Below, piece by piece: positions 54,619 through 63,379 of a stretch of DNA of 64,000 bases. This DNA comes from a virus. Positions within the stretch are counted from its first letter, which is position 1. Every line of letters begins with the position of its first letter. A program made the position numbers and the translations under genes. The notes under the pieces were generated by a model. It saw nothing but the letters and a program-made list of their open reading frames with translations. It searched no databases and was not told where the DNA came from. Where the stretch lies: positions 1 to 64,000 of the IMG/VR virus record IMGVR_UViG_3300018080_000105, one strand, 5' to 3'.

Positions 54619-56391
54619 TCAGAATTCGTCGCGAACAATCTTCTGGAGAATCTTGGAAACTCCGTCAGTGCCTTTGACGATCTCTGGTTCCCCCGTACCT
54701 CCAACGGGGTAGACGACGATCTGCGGCAATTCTTTGAACCGAAGTCCCTTGCCTTTCACGTCGTACAGGACGATGGCTGGATACTTGGCCTTGGCAGCTT
54801 CGTACTCACCCTTCATTCTGTTCCAATGGTCAGCGGAAGTATCCGTTACAAGTACCATGTGGTCAACGCCAGTGCTCTGCTGGAGCGCCCAGAGGACAGA
54901 AACGTCAACGTAGGCGGGACTGATGTAACGCCCTGATTCGACTTTGAGCGTGACGGCCGCCTCTGATGGATTATCCCGAAGCTCCCGTACCAATTCCAAA
55001 ATCTTAACCTGGTTTTCCTGAAGCCCCTGAATGCCCTGTAGCAACGATTCATGCTCACCGCTGGGTGCCGATAGCTTCCCAGACAACTCGTCCTGTTTAT
55101 CCGCCAGTCCCTGGATCAGTTTGATTAACTGCTCGTGATCCCTTCTCAACGAGTGCTGGTTCTCGATAAGCACGTTGATCGGATCCAATAGGCCAGGAGC
55201 CGGTGTCGGATTGTTGGCCGGCGGGCCTGTCGGCGTGTCCGGGTTGCCAGAAGGCGGATTGCCTGATGGCGGGGTGTCCGGCACAGAATCCGGGACAGGT
55301 TCAGTAACAGGTTCCGAAGGAGGAACAACAACGGGCTGCTCACCACCCAAATCTTCCGTGGGATGCGGGAAAACTTGCGGAGGCGGCGACTGCGGGCGGC
55401 TTCGAGGCGGCTGCGGCGAAACAGGGCGACGTGGCTGCGCGCGAGGCTGAGGATAGTATGGGTAGCATGGTTGCGACGGATAACACGGCTGACAACTCGG
55501 GGATGATGGCGGACAACACCAGGCATACGTTTCACTGACCTTCGTTCCGAGGAACGTTGTGATCGTGCCGGCATAGGTCCCTATCGATCCAGAGGAGTCC
55601 CCGCCCCAGAACACACCAACCAGTTTTCCGTTCGTATCGAACATCGGGCCGCCACTGTCACCTCTACGAAGATGACCAGACGCCACCAGCAACTGATTGT
55701 TGCCGCTCGTCACAAACTGATGCGAAGGGTGTCCCGGAACAAACTTACCAGGCGAGTCCGCTTTGTAGCCGGCGGAAGTGTAACCTTGCAGCGCGCCAAA
55801 GTGTGCCCGGTAAATGTTGCGTGTCCCGCCGAAACCCGCCACGCCAATGTTAGGCTCTTTATCTGGATCAATGATCTTCGTATTGATCTCCATCGGGACA
55901 GTGCCTTTAGGAGCATACACTGCCAACGCACACAAATCATTTTCCCAGTCAAGCGCCAGCACCTTGGCACTTGACCGCATGCCTTTGAACTCTGCGACCG
56001 GTTTCTGCGATTCGGCACATTGAATATCACCGCACTCAAAGATGTGAGCGCACGTCAGAATGACCGCGGTGACCCGTCCATCTTTTTCCGGACGAGTGGC
56101 GATAACCGTCCCAGTGCCCAGCGAACGAGTCCTGGTCATGTGCAGCCGCACGACCGAACTACGAACGCGATTGTACAGCGCAACCGCTTCTCTATCGCTC
56201 GCCTTCGGAGACCACACGGCACCGCCCGAAGCACGGTTACGCGCAACCTTGTAACTGCGCGTCGGGGAGTTCGGATCCTGTGGGACCCGAAACACATGAA
56301 ACCCTTCCGGATTGAACTTCACCGGGAGGGCGGCATAGGTCTGTGACACCAGCATGACCACTGCCACGAGAACGCTGAAAATCCGTTTCAT
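54619..56391 (-). CDS. Secreted trypsin-like serine protease with Pro-rich linker, coiled coil and C-terminal domain
   Basis: Signal peptide; catalytic triad ILTCAH, NDLCAL, GDSGGP. Confidence 0.88.
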   Translation of the reverse strand: MKRIFSVLVAVVMLVSQTYAALPVKFNPEGFHVFRVPQDPNSPTRSYKVARNRASGGAVWSPKASDREAVALYNRVRSSVVRLHMTRTRSLGTGTVIATRPEKDGRVTAVILTCAHIFECGDIQCAESQKPVAEFKGMRSSAKVLALDWENDLCALAVYAPKGTVPMEINTKIIDPDKEPNIGVAGFGGTRNIYRAHFGALQGYTSAGYKADSPGKFVPGHPSHQFVTSGNNQLLVASGHLRRGDSGGPMFDTNGKLVGVFWGGDSSGSIGTYAGTITTFLGTKVSETYAWCCPPSSPSCQPCYPSQPCYPYYPQPRAQPRRPVSPQPPRSRPQSPPPQVFPHPTEDLGGEQPVVVPPSEPVTEPVPDSVPDTPPSGNPPSGNPDTPTGPPANNPTPAPGLLDPINVLIENQHSLRRDHEQLIKLIQGLADKQDELSGKLSAPSGEHESLLQGIQGLQENQVKILELVRELRDNPSEAAVTLKVESGRYISPAYVDVSVLWALQQSTGVDHMVLVTDTSADHWNRMKGEYEAAKAKYPAIVLYDVKGKGLRFKELPQIVVYPVGGTGEPEIVKGTDGVSKILQKIVRDEF

Positions 56392-56404
56392 CTTACACCT
56401 ACCT

Positions 56405-57244
56405 TTACGACGGTTTGAGGGTGAGTTCCATTCCGTCCAGATTGATGGTGACCGTCCCTGTCACATCGAACGGCCCTTCAGGAAAGGCCGGAGCGCAAGG
56501 CTCAGAAGCATTGGGTGCCGGGGTTGGGGTTTCTTCCAAACCATAGACACGGGCCAGCCTGGCCTTGTCGCCTTCTTGTGGGTAGATCACCTGGGGATTG
56601 TAGTAAGGAGCCATCAGGTCGGCCGGATCAGCACTGTGCTCCAAGCCCATCAGATGGCCAAGTTCGTGCAACCACACGGCCCTCATAATGACACCTGGGC
56701 CGGACTCACGCAAGTTCCATGGCTCCGTATCGTCGAACATCGACAAAAGCTGAGGGTCGCCAGCCCTGCAAGGCAGCTCCGCCCAGGCCAGGACATTTCC
56801 GGGGCCGTCAAAGTCCCATCTACTGCCCCGTCCACGACCTACGCGTATATCTGCCTCGTTCCAATTATTGATTTCAACAAAGGTCTTACCCGTCAACGCC
56901 TCGTAGTAGGTGAACCCCTCCCGCACGATATTCTTGCTTTTCTCGACCTGCCCAGCCAACCGAAACTTGCTGCCAATCGAGTACGTGATGGTGTCCTTTT
57001 CCCATTTGCAATGATTCCCGTCAACCCTTACAGGCTGCCGCAGCGGGCCGTCGCCCCTCGCGCACCGAAACAACCCCATCGCCCGACGTGTCACCGGGCC
57101 AGCAATTGCATCCTCCACCAGCCCGTAGATCTTTTGCATCTGTACAATCGCTTTATCGAACTCATCGGCTGTCGGGTAACGTGAGAGCAGATACCCAAAA
57201 TGATGCAACCAGGCGATCGTCTTCTGCGGCGTATCAATGGGCAT
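56405..57244 (-). CDS. Matrixin (M10) zinc metallopeptidase with N-terminal peptidoglycan-binding-like pro-region
   Basis: HELGHLMGLEH plus Met-turn LMAPYY; AIVQMQKIYGL...GIAGPVT-like helix and RCARGD (cysteine-switch-like). Confidence 0.88.
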   Translation of the reverse strand: MPIDTPQKTIAWLHHFGYLLSRYPTADEFDKAIVQMQKIYGLVEDAIAGPVTRRAMGLFRCARGDGPLRQPVRVDGNHCKWEKDTITYSIGSKFRLAGQVEKSKNIVREGFTYYEALTGKTFVEINNWNEADIRVGRGRGSRWDFDGPGNVLAWAELPCRAGDPQLLSMFDDTEPWNLRESGPGVIMRAVWLHELGHLMGLEHSADPADLMAPYYNPQVIYPQEGDKARLARVYGLEETPTPAPNASEPCAPAFPEGPFDVTGTVTINLDGMELTLKPS

Positions 57245-57968
57245 TCAATCGCTCCGAGTTCAAAGCTGCTGTGGCTACCGCTTCGCCGCCGGCATGCTGG
57301 CCGGCGATTGTAAACTGGTACTTGTAAAACAATGAGTACGTCAACATGGTCGGCGTTACCAGGTAATGAGGGCACCGCGGCACTGGATCGACACGGCCGC
57401 CCAAATGTGTAGCTAGACTGACGGCATGAGAACAGAACGGTTGACGGATAGGCTTACCATCTACAGGCAACTGGTCGTTTGTCGTTGGCGGGTACAACCG
57501 CCACAGAAACGGTGTACGACGGGCCGCCATTCGCCAGATACCGAACCAACCGTATTCGTGATCAGTGAGTCTTCGCATAGCGGTTGCCGCGCCGTCACCA
57601 TCAAACTCAGACCACCGCACCGTGTCAGGTGCGAACACATCAATCCGCTGTGGCTGTGATAAGTGATACGCCAACGTACGGCGCTGTCCGCCTTTGAACT
57701 CTCTCAACTCCAGCACGTCAATCTTGCCGCCGCCATTTTTGAGGAACATAGCACTGTGCGAGTGCACGCCCTGCGTACTATTACGGATCAATCGCGACAC
57801 AAACGTGTCAGACAGATATTGCCCAATCCACCCGCTCTGGATCCGTGACGCAGCATACTCCTCCGTGACCCAAAAAGGAGCCTCAACGTCAAACTGGCGA
57901 CCCCGAAGACCCCCCATGATCAACCTCCGATAATAGTTCTGGATGCGGCGACGGCGAACGGCCAGCAA
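57234..57968 (-). CDS. Permuted NlpC/P60 (YiiX/YaeF-like) cysteine amidase/peptidase; start uncertain
   Basis: His first (HSHSAMF), YGWFGI, Cys last (PFCSHAV). Confidence 0.75.
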   Translation of the reverse strand: MLAVRRRRIQNYYRRLIMGGLRGRQFDVEAPFWVTEEYAASRIQSGWIGQYLSDTFVSRLIRNSTQGVHSHSAMFLKNGGGKIDVLELREFKGGQRRTLAYHLSQPQRIDVFAPDTVRWSEFDGDGAATAMRRLTDHEYGWFGIWRMAARRTPFLWRLYPPTTNDQLPVDGKPIRQPFCSHAVSLATHLGGRVDPVPRCPHYLVTPTMLTYSLFYKYQFTIAGQHAGGEAVATAALNSERLNAH

Positions 57969-58452
57969 TGAACATCTGGATCCGACTCAACGCGGCATTA
58001 TATGTCTGCTCCTCGACCGCCGAAAGCTCTGCACGTACCGGGCGTACATTCTTCTTGTTCCAGTCATCACCTGTGGGATCCGGCACAACCAAATCGTCAT
58101 CGATACGATGCAGGTCCTGAGTAATGGCGTACTGCTTGTATTCAAAAATACGAGAAACAAACCATTGAGCAACACCAAGTTGCTCTCGATCGAGCCCCGT
58201 TTCCGGGCCAAATTCATCGAAACCCTCGACCGGCGAAAGCGTAAGCATTTCATCAATTTGCGAACCTGCCAGGTCAACACGAAAGGTCCAATCACCGTTC
58301 GCAACCGTAAACCCTTCAGAATCCATCGCTACGAGCTGCCCCGTAGGGTCACCGGTATCGTTGATTTTTTGGTAGAGATCCGGAAATCGTTCCTGCATGG
58401 TACTCAACAGCTTGTCGGATAGACGCACACGATCACCAGGCTTGAAACTCAT
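57889..58452 (-). CDS. Hypothetical protein with SH3/KOW-like N-terminus (187 aa)
   Basis: FKPGDRVRL...TGQLV start. Confidence 0.6.
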   Translation of the reverse strand: MSFKPGDRVRLSDKLLSTMQERFPDLYQKINDTGDPTGQLVAMDSEGFTVANGDWTFRVDLAGSQIDEMLTLSPVEGFDEFGPETGLDREQLGVAQWFVSRIFEYKQYAITQDLHRIDDDLVVPDPTGDDWNKKNVRPVRAELSAVEEQTYNAALSRIQMFIAGRSPSPHPELLSEVDHGGSSGSPV

Positions 58453-58456
58453 TCGG

Positions 58457-60121
58457 TCACCTTAGTCCAAGAACAGAGCCAGTTACACCGCGAATCATAC
58501 CGCCCCACAATCCCATGTTCTGCAACTTCTTCTGGGCTTGTGGTTTGAGACCGCCAAGAACTCCAAGAACGCCACCCGCGATATGTGCCGTCGCCAAATC
58601 CACGCCGGCTGTCGCCAACCCGCGAATGAAATGCCGCGGCGACAACATCGACGGATTACCATGTAGTTGCTGCACGCCGGTAACCAGTCCGGAAGCAGCC
58701 GCTGCGTGCATCGGTGGAGTGTGGCGACCAGCATCACCCCAAATTGCACGATTAAACGCGTCAACCGGGACAGACTGTAACGCTACCCCGCGACTGCCCG
58801 TGTACCCACTGGAGTTCACTGCGCGTTTAATTCGGTTGACACTTTTCTCAAACTGATCGGACGCTGTGAGTCCCAACGTGTCGAGGTAATCCAAAGCCTG
58901 CTGCTGCGCGCTGGCCTTGTAGTGATTCATATAATCAATTTCGCTCGGAGCGATGTTCTGCTGCGTGACCGGCTGCAGGAATGACTTCCGCCACTGCGGC
59001 TTCCCGGTCGCGTTCTGGTTCATCTGTGCATTAGCCAAGCCTTGTGGGACATGTAAAGCCGCGCCGCCAAGCCCGCCGAGTATCGCCAGGTTCCGTCGCA
59101 GTTTACCGCGTTCCAGGTACTCTTCTGGCAGCAACTGCTCAGCAAGCCAGCCACCGCCGTAACCCAGCCCGGCGCCCAGCAACCCAGACACGATGGAGTT
59201 GGACATTGCCGAAGGCCCACCGGTCAGCTTACCCGCCGCACGGTATGGCAACCCCAGGTACTCCAGCGCAGAGGCTTTCTTGACCATGATCCAATTATCA
59301 GAGTCAGACGGGCCAACCTCAGATTCGGCGATGACTTTGTCGACCCCGTCGATCGAGTTGACGGCTTTCTCCCACTGCTCATAAACCTCTCGGCCGTCAG
59401 AGTCACCAAGCACGATCCACGCCGTCTTGTTTTCCGGATGCCAGTAAACGTAACCGTAACCAGGCATAGCCGGCAGATCTTTAATCGCCGTCTTTAGGGC
59501 GTCCCGGATGGCAGCCGCGAGCTTTAAGCGTTGGGTGACAAGTGCCGGGACCTGTCGCCACAGCGACAGTTCGCCCTTTTTTTCGATGCGTTTGATAGTT
59601 TCATCAGCCACGGTTTTCCATGCCCTCCTGGCGTCTACTGCGCGGTCGTCGAGATAGAGGTCCGCTACAACTTTGTCTGAGGCATCTTCCGGCTGGTCTG
59701 GGTTCTCGTTGATATGGTCGAACGGAATATCGTGTTCTTCCAACCAGCTGCGAACCAGTTTTTTGTCACCACGCACCGTGTTAATGATGATCTGATAACC
59801 CTCGTCCCGAAACCGCTGCATACTCTTCTTGGCGCCCGGCCTCGGCTTCTCGATCTTCTTCGGATCGAACTTGTCGTACATCGAAGCTAGCGTGCCGTCG
59901 AGATCTACAGCCACTGTGGGGAGTCGGTCCGCACGCGACTTCCCCGCAGCGGACTTTCGTCGCCCATCCAACACAGCACTGAGGCCGTCCAGCGGCAGAG
60001 AGGCTTCGGGGGTTTGTATGATCGTGGATAGTCGCGACATTGCGTTTCCCATGACTCCATGGCCTCTTTGAACCACTTCCAGAAAGCCGCGATCGCTCGC
60101 CGCCTTTGTTTGCTTCTCCAC
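58457..60121 (-). CDS. HAD-phosphatase / glycine-zipper multidomain protein; true start probably further upstream
   Basis: HAD motifs VAVDLDGTL, IINTVR, K, LYLDDR; C-terminal Gly zippers; K-x-A linkers; no Cys. Confidence 0.8.
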   Translation of the reverse strand: MEKQTKAASDRGFLEVVQRGHGVMGNAMSRLSTIIQTPEASLPLDGLSAVLDGRRKSAAGKSRADRLPTVAVDLDGTLASMYDKFDPKKIEKPRPGAKKSMQRFRDEGYQIIINTVRGDKKLVRSWLEEHDIPFDHINENPDQPEDASDKVVADLYLDDRAVDARRAWKTVADETIKRIEKKGELSLWRQVPALVTQRLKLAAAIRDALKTAIKDLPAMPGYGYVYWHPENKTAWIVLGDSDGREVYEQWEKAVNSIDGVDKVIAESEVGPSDSDNWIMVKKASALEYLGLPYRAAGKLTGGPSAMSNSIVSGLLGAGLGYGGGWLAEQLLPEEYLERGKLRRNLAILGGLGGAALHVPQGLANAQMNQNATGKPQWRKSFLQPVTQQNIAPSEIDYMNHYKASAQQQALDYLDTLGLTASDQFEKSVNRIKRAVNSSGYTGSRGVALQSVPVDAFNRAIWGDAGRHTPPMHAAAASGLVTGVQQLHGNPSMLSPRHFIRGLATAGVDLATAHIAGGVLGVLGGLKPQAQKKLQNMGLWGGMIRGVTGSVLGLR

Positions 60122-60325
60122 AACGTATGTGATTTCCTGACTGACTTTGCTGCCCGCCGATAATCTTTCGGGGGAACCTTCCTCTGCAGGTTTCGCCGGC
60201 GGCGAGCTCTCTGCTTCGGGGTCATCGGACGCTTCACAGGTTGTGTTGAAACCATGCTTTCTCCTGAATAAAAGGATCGTCAGAAGTGCGGCGGGGCAAG
60301 TCTACCAGATCACACGCAGATGCCG

Positions 60326-61243
60326 CTATGTGCCTTTTCGAGGCCGCTTCTTCGGAGTCTTCTTCGGAGTCTTCTTCGGAGTCTTTTTCCGTGGTGGAAT
60401 TTCGGGAACTTTTCGCTTTGGACGTTTCTTTCGCTTGGGTTTCTTCAGTACGTGTTTTGGTGCCTTCTTTTTTCGCTTTTCATTCTTTCCCTCCAACACG
60501 TCCTGCCGGCCACGGGCTCTTTTCTTCCTGCGACGCGGACCTTTTGGTTTACCGTCCGGATGATCTTCCTTCCACAGCACCTTCTCTTCTCTCACCATAG
60601 GCGTCTTACCATCGACGTCGACTGGAATTGGCTGTTCCTCAATCGACGGCAACACGGGAAGATCATCGAGGTCAATCTCCGGAGGCACAATCACTCCGTT
60701 CCGAATATCTTCAGCAATCTGCATGTGAGTGTACGGGTACTCACCGTTCTCGGCTTTCCACTCGTCGTGAACTTGTTGCACAAGATCAGGCAACAACGCC
60801 GCAGAGCCATTGTTGTCGATGACAATGTCACAGTCTTCCGGACGAATTTGACAAGAGTCCACATTCTCCGGCGGATGACGTTGCGACGCATCAACCCAAA
60901 TGGACACATCCACCAGACCGATATCTTTCAACGCCTGCAACTCAGCAGTGCGGCGGATGCCTTCAAGAATGTCATTCTCTTCCAGCATGTCAACGTAGAG
61001 TGTCAAACCGCTGGGCTCGTTGTACTGCCAGATGATGTCGGCCCACTCGGCACGGTGGTTGTGGCGATCATCCCAGCACTCCTCGATGCTCTGATAGCCG
61101 TAAACCGACTTCAAAGTCTCATAGACGACACGTGCCGCGCCTTCGCTGGTGGATTCTTTGTACGCAAGGCCACTGATGCTGGAAAGAATTCGTGCTGTTG
61201 TACCTTTGCCGTGCCGGCCGTAGCCGCAAATCGCAACTGCCAT
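60326..61243 (-). CDS. dNMP-kinase-like P-loop protein with a very basic C-terminal tail
   Basis: ICGYGRHGKGT P-loop, EGIRR..EL, DIVIDNNGS; tail KPKRKKRPKRK...KKTPKKTPKKTPKKRPRK. Confidence 0.7.
   Translation of the reverse strand: MAVAICGYGRHGKGTTARILSSISGLAYKESTSEGAARVVYETLKSVYGYQSIEECWDDRHNHRAEWADIIWQYNEPSGLTLYVDMLEENDILEGIRRTAELQALKDIGLVDVSIWVDASQRHPPENVDSCQIRPEDCDIVIDNNGSAALLPDLVQQVHDEWKAENGEYPYTHMQIAEDIRNGVIVPPEIDLDDLPVLPSIEEQPIPVDVDGKTPMVREEKVLWKEDHPDGKPKGPRRRKKRARGRQDVLEGKNEKRKKKAPKHVLKKPKRKKRPKRKVPEIPPRKKTPKKTPKKTPKKRPRKGT
60348..60383. repeat. 12 bp tandem repeat, three copies, encoding (T)PKK units
   Basis: TTCTTCGGAGTC x3 on the plus strand. Confidence 0.9.
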
Positions 61244-62371
61244 TTATCGCACTCCCTGCAGGAAACGGTCCAATGGATGATGCACCAGTGGCTTCCGTTG
61301 ACCTGACAGGTATGAAGACAGCTGACGCATGGAACGATCTGGATCAGCAGCATTTGCCAGCCGATCCTGTGCGGCAGCCTCGCTGATTGCTCGGTCACCG
61401 CGATGCTTGACCGCCCCCACATGGTTTACCAGATTATCGAGCACTCCGCGAGTGTGGTCGTACTGAAACGGAGTCTGATTGATTGCATTCATGTAGACGC
61501 TGCCGGCCTGCTTGGGTTCGCCGTACGGTTTTCCTTTGTACTGGTACTTCAACGGCCCCAGCACATTAGTTGTACGAACATAGTCAGCCGTCAGCTCCTC
61601 GCCAGAGACAATGTCTCGCAGAGCCCGCATCTGGACATACCCGTCACCTTTGACAATTTCAGTGTTCGGACTGTCCGAGTGATTGGTGTAACGAGCGTCA
61701 TCTGATTGTTCATAGACGTGCTTGCCGTCTTCGTTATCCGGCAAAACTGTCATCAGGCGATCAACGATGATGTCGCCATCGCTGAACTTCTGCGCAGCGA
61801 ACAAACCTTTACCGTGAATAGCCGACTCCCCCACACGGACGGACCTCGCGGCCGCCTTTTGCATGTGGATCATCGACGGCTGTCGTCGTTTCTTCTTACG
61901 GATAGCAAACGTCACATGGAACGGATACTGCGGCGGGCCGAGGCCCAGGTTACGACGAAGCTCCATCAGCCCCGGCGACTTGGCTTCCAGCGCCCAGCAC
62001 TTGGAAACACCGTCCCACGTATGCGGTGTGATCTTTCGGACCACGCCCAGGTTGAACCCGAACATTTGCCCGCGTTCTTTGATCCCGTCCGGGCCGCCGA
62101 TCGATTCCAACTCTTCAGGACGCGCCACAGAGATGTGAGCGTTGTACTGCCCGCTGGAGTCCTGTTTCGGTTGCTCGACCCCGGGTTCGTCAAGAGCCTG
62201 AAACGCACCATTCCCGATTGCATTGGGAACGTCAAGCAAAAGCCATCCAGAGTTGGAAAGGTACAGCTTCCCTTTCATCGCATATGACAGCGGGGGACGT
62301 GCGTCCGCCTGTTTATCTCGCTGCGACAATAGAACAGCCGCTTCCCCGATATCGTATAACGATGCAGACAT
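61244..62371 (-). CDS. 2H phosphoesterase + SET domain + C-terminal domain fusion
   Basis: 2H motifs HIS (H79) and HVT (H152); SET motifs SAIHGKGLFA, RYTNHSDSPN, ALRDIVSGEELTADY. Confidence 0.85.
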   Translation of the reverse strand: MSASLYDIGEAAVLLSQRDKQADARPPLSYAMKGKLYLSNSGWLLLDVPNAIGNGAFQALDEPGVEQPKQDSSGQYNAHISVARPEELESIGGPDGIKERGQMFGFNLGVVRKITPHTWDGVSKCWALEAKSPGLMELRRNLGLGPPQYPFHVTFAIRKKKRRQPSMIHMQKAAARSVRVGESAIHGKGLFAAQKFSDGDIIVDRLMTVLPDNEDGKHVYEQSDDARYTNHSDSPNTEIVKGDGYVQMRALRDIVSGEELTADYVRTTNVLGPLKYQYKGKPYGEPKQAGSVYMNAINQTPFQYDHTRGVLDNLVNHVGAVKHRGDRAISEAAAQDRLANAADPDRSMRQLSSYLSGQRKPLVHHPLDRFLQGVR

Positions 62372-62376
62372 ACCAG

Positions 62377-63135
62377 TTACTTAAAAGAGTTGGCGGCACC
62401 TTTGAGCCGGCCTGCCAGCAAAGTGCACCGCAAAAATGTCGCGTCTGAGATACTGCCTTCATGAGCAGCGAAAGAACAATATGTAACCGCCCGGGACTCG
62501 CTATTCGGTAAGTCCCGATCTTCAATGTGAAACCATGCTGACGCGGATACACCTTCTGCCTGGTAAATCTGTTTGATGCCCACGTCGTCCGGAAGGGCGT
62601 CCACATCAAAACGGATTTTGCCCGTACGAGAGATTTCCTGCAATCGTAAAATATAGTCACTGTCCAGTTCGTAATGCACGTAACTGATTGGCTCTTGCTG
62701 CCCTTGTCGCACCTGCAATACCGCCGTCGTCCATCTTGGTGACAGCACACCATTCCACGCCCGCAGGATCAGGAAACGATCGATATTGGTGTTTTCCATT
62801 AAATTGTCGAGCTCGCTTACAACATCCGACCATTCTTCCATGAACGAAGAAAAATCCAAGCTCGCAACTTGGAACTCCATCTCGTTCTCAGCCATCACCC
62901 GTGCTTGGTTGTGCTTCAACACCCCGAGGTAGCCGAAATAAGCGGTGACGCAAACGCCCGCAAAACCAATCCCAGCAACGATGACTTCTGTTGAGAGTTT
63001 GTGATCCTTAAAGGACTGCACTCCGAACGTGATGCCAACCGTCACAAGCACAGAGAGTAACGCTACGACCACGAGAAGAGCTAGATGGGCGGGGAATGTA
63101 AGCGGAAGAACATAATCCTTTTTACGGTCACTCAT
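62377..63135 (-). CDS. Two-TM membrane protein with GAF-like soluble domain (~252 aa; start moved to MSDRKK)
   Basis: Two hydrophobic helices, then an alpha/beta domain ending GVSASAWFHI...TYCSFAA. Confidence 0.55.
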   Translation of the reverse strand: MSDRKKDYVLPLTFPAHLALLVVVALLSVLVTVGITFGVQSFKDHKLSTEVIVAGIGFAGVCVTAYFGYLGVLKHNQARVMAENEMEFQVASLDFSSFMEEWSDVVSELDNLMENTNIDRFLILRAWNGVLSPRWTTAVLQVRQGQQEPISYVHYELDSDYILRLQEISRTGKIRFDVDALPDDVGIKQIYQAEGVSASAWFHIEDRDLPNSESRAVTYCSFAAHEGSISDATFLRCTLLAGRLKGAANSFK

Positions 63136-63379
63136 CGGCGCTTTGCATCCTTTCGGCGACGACACAACGACAACTATCGGACCCCCTGCCATCCCCGAGC
63201 GACAGGGTCCGGGCTCTCAAAGAGAACCACAACAGCGGCATACTCGGGTACTTCCACTGCTCCACCTCCCCCACCGTAGGCGTTTACCAGATGAGGTTTC
63301 CAAAACTCCCTAACGAATCCATTTCGCTGGATGTTCTCTACCGGTCGGTACCTCGACCAATCCGATAACTGTCGTTGTA

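Noticed and set aside
59905-60255. 116 aa ORF with a good RBS as an independent gene
   Set aside because: Arg-rich, non-protein-like translation overlapping the HAD gene by more than 200 nt; better explained by the off-by-one start described in findings.
60348-60383. Short direct repeats as a CRISPR array
   Set aside because: 12 bp head-to-tail units with no spacers, in frame within a coding tail. No CRISPR array was seen anywhere in the window.
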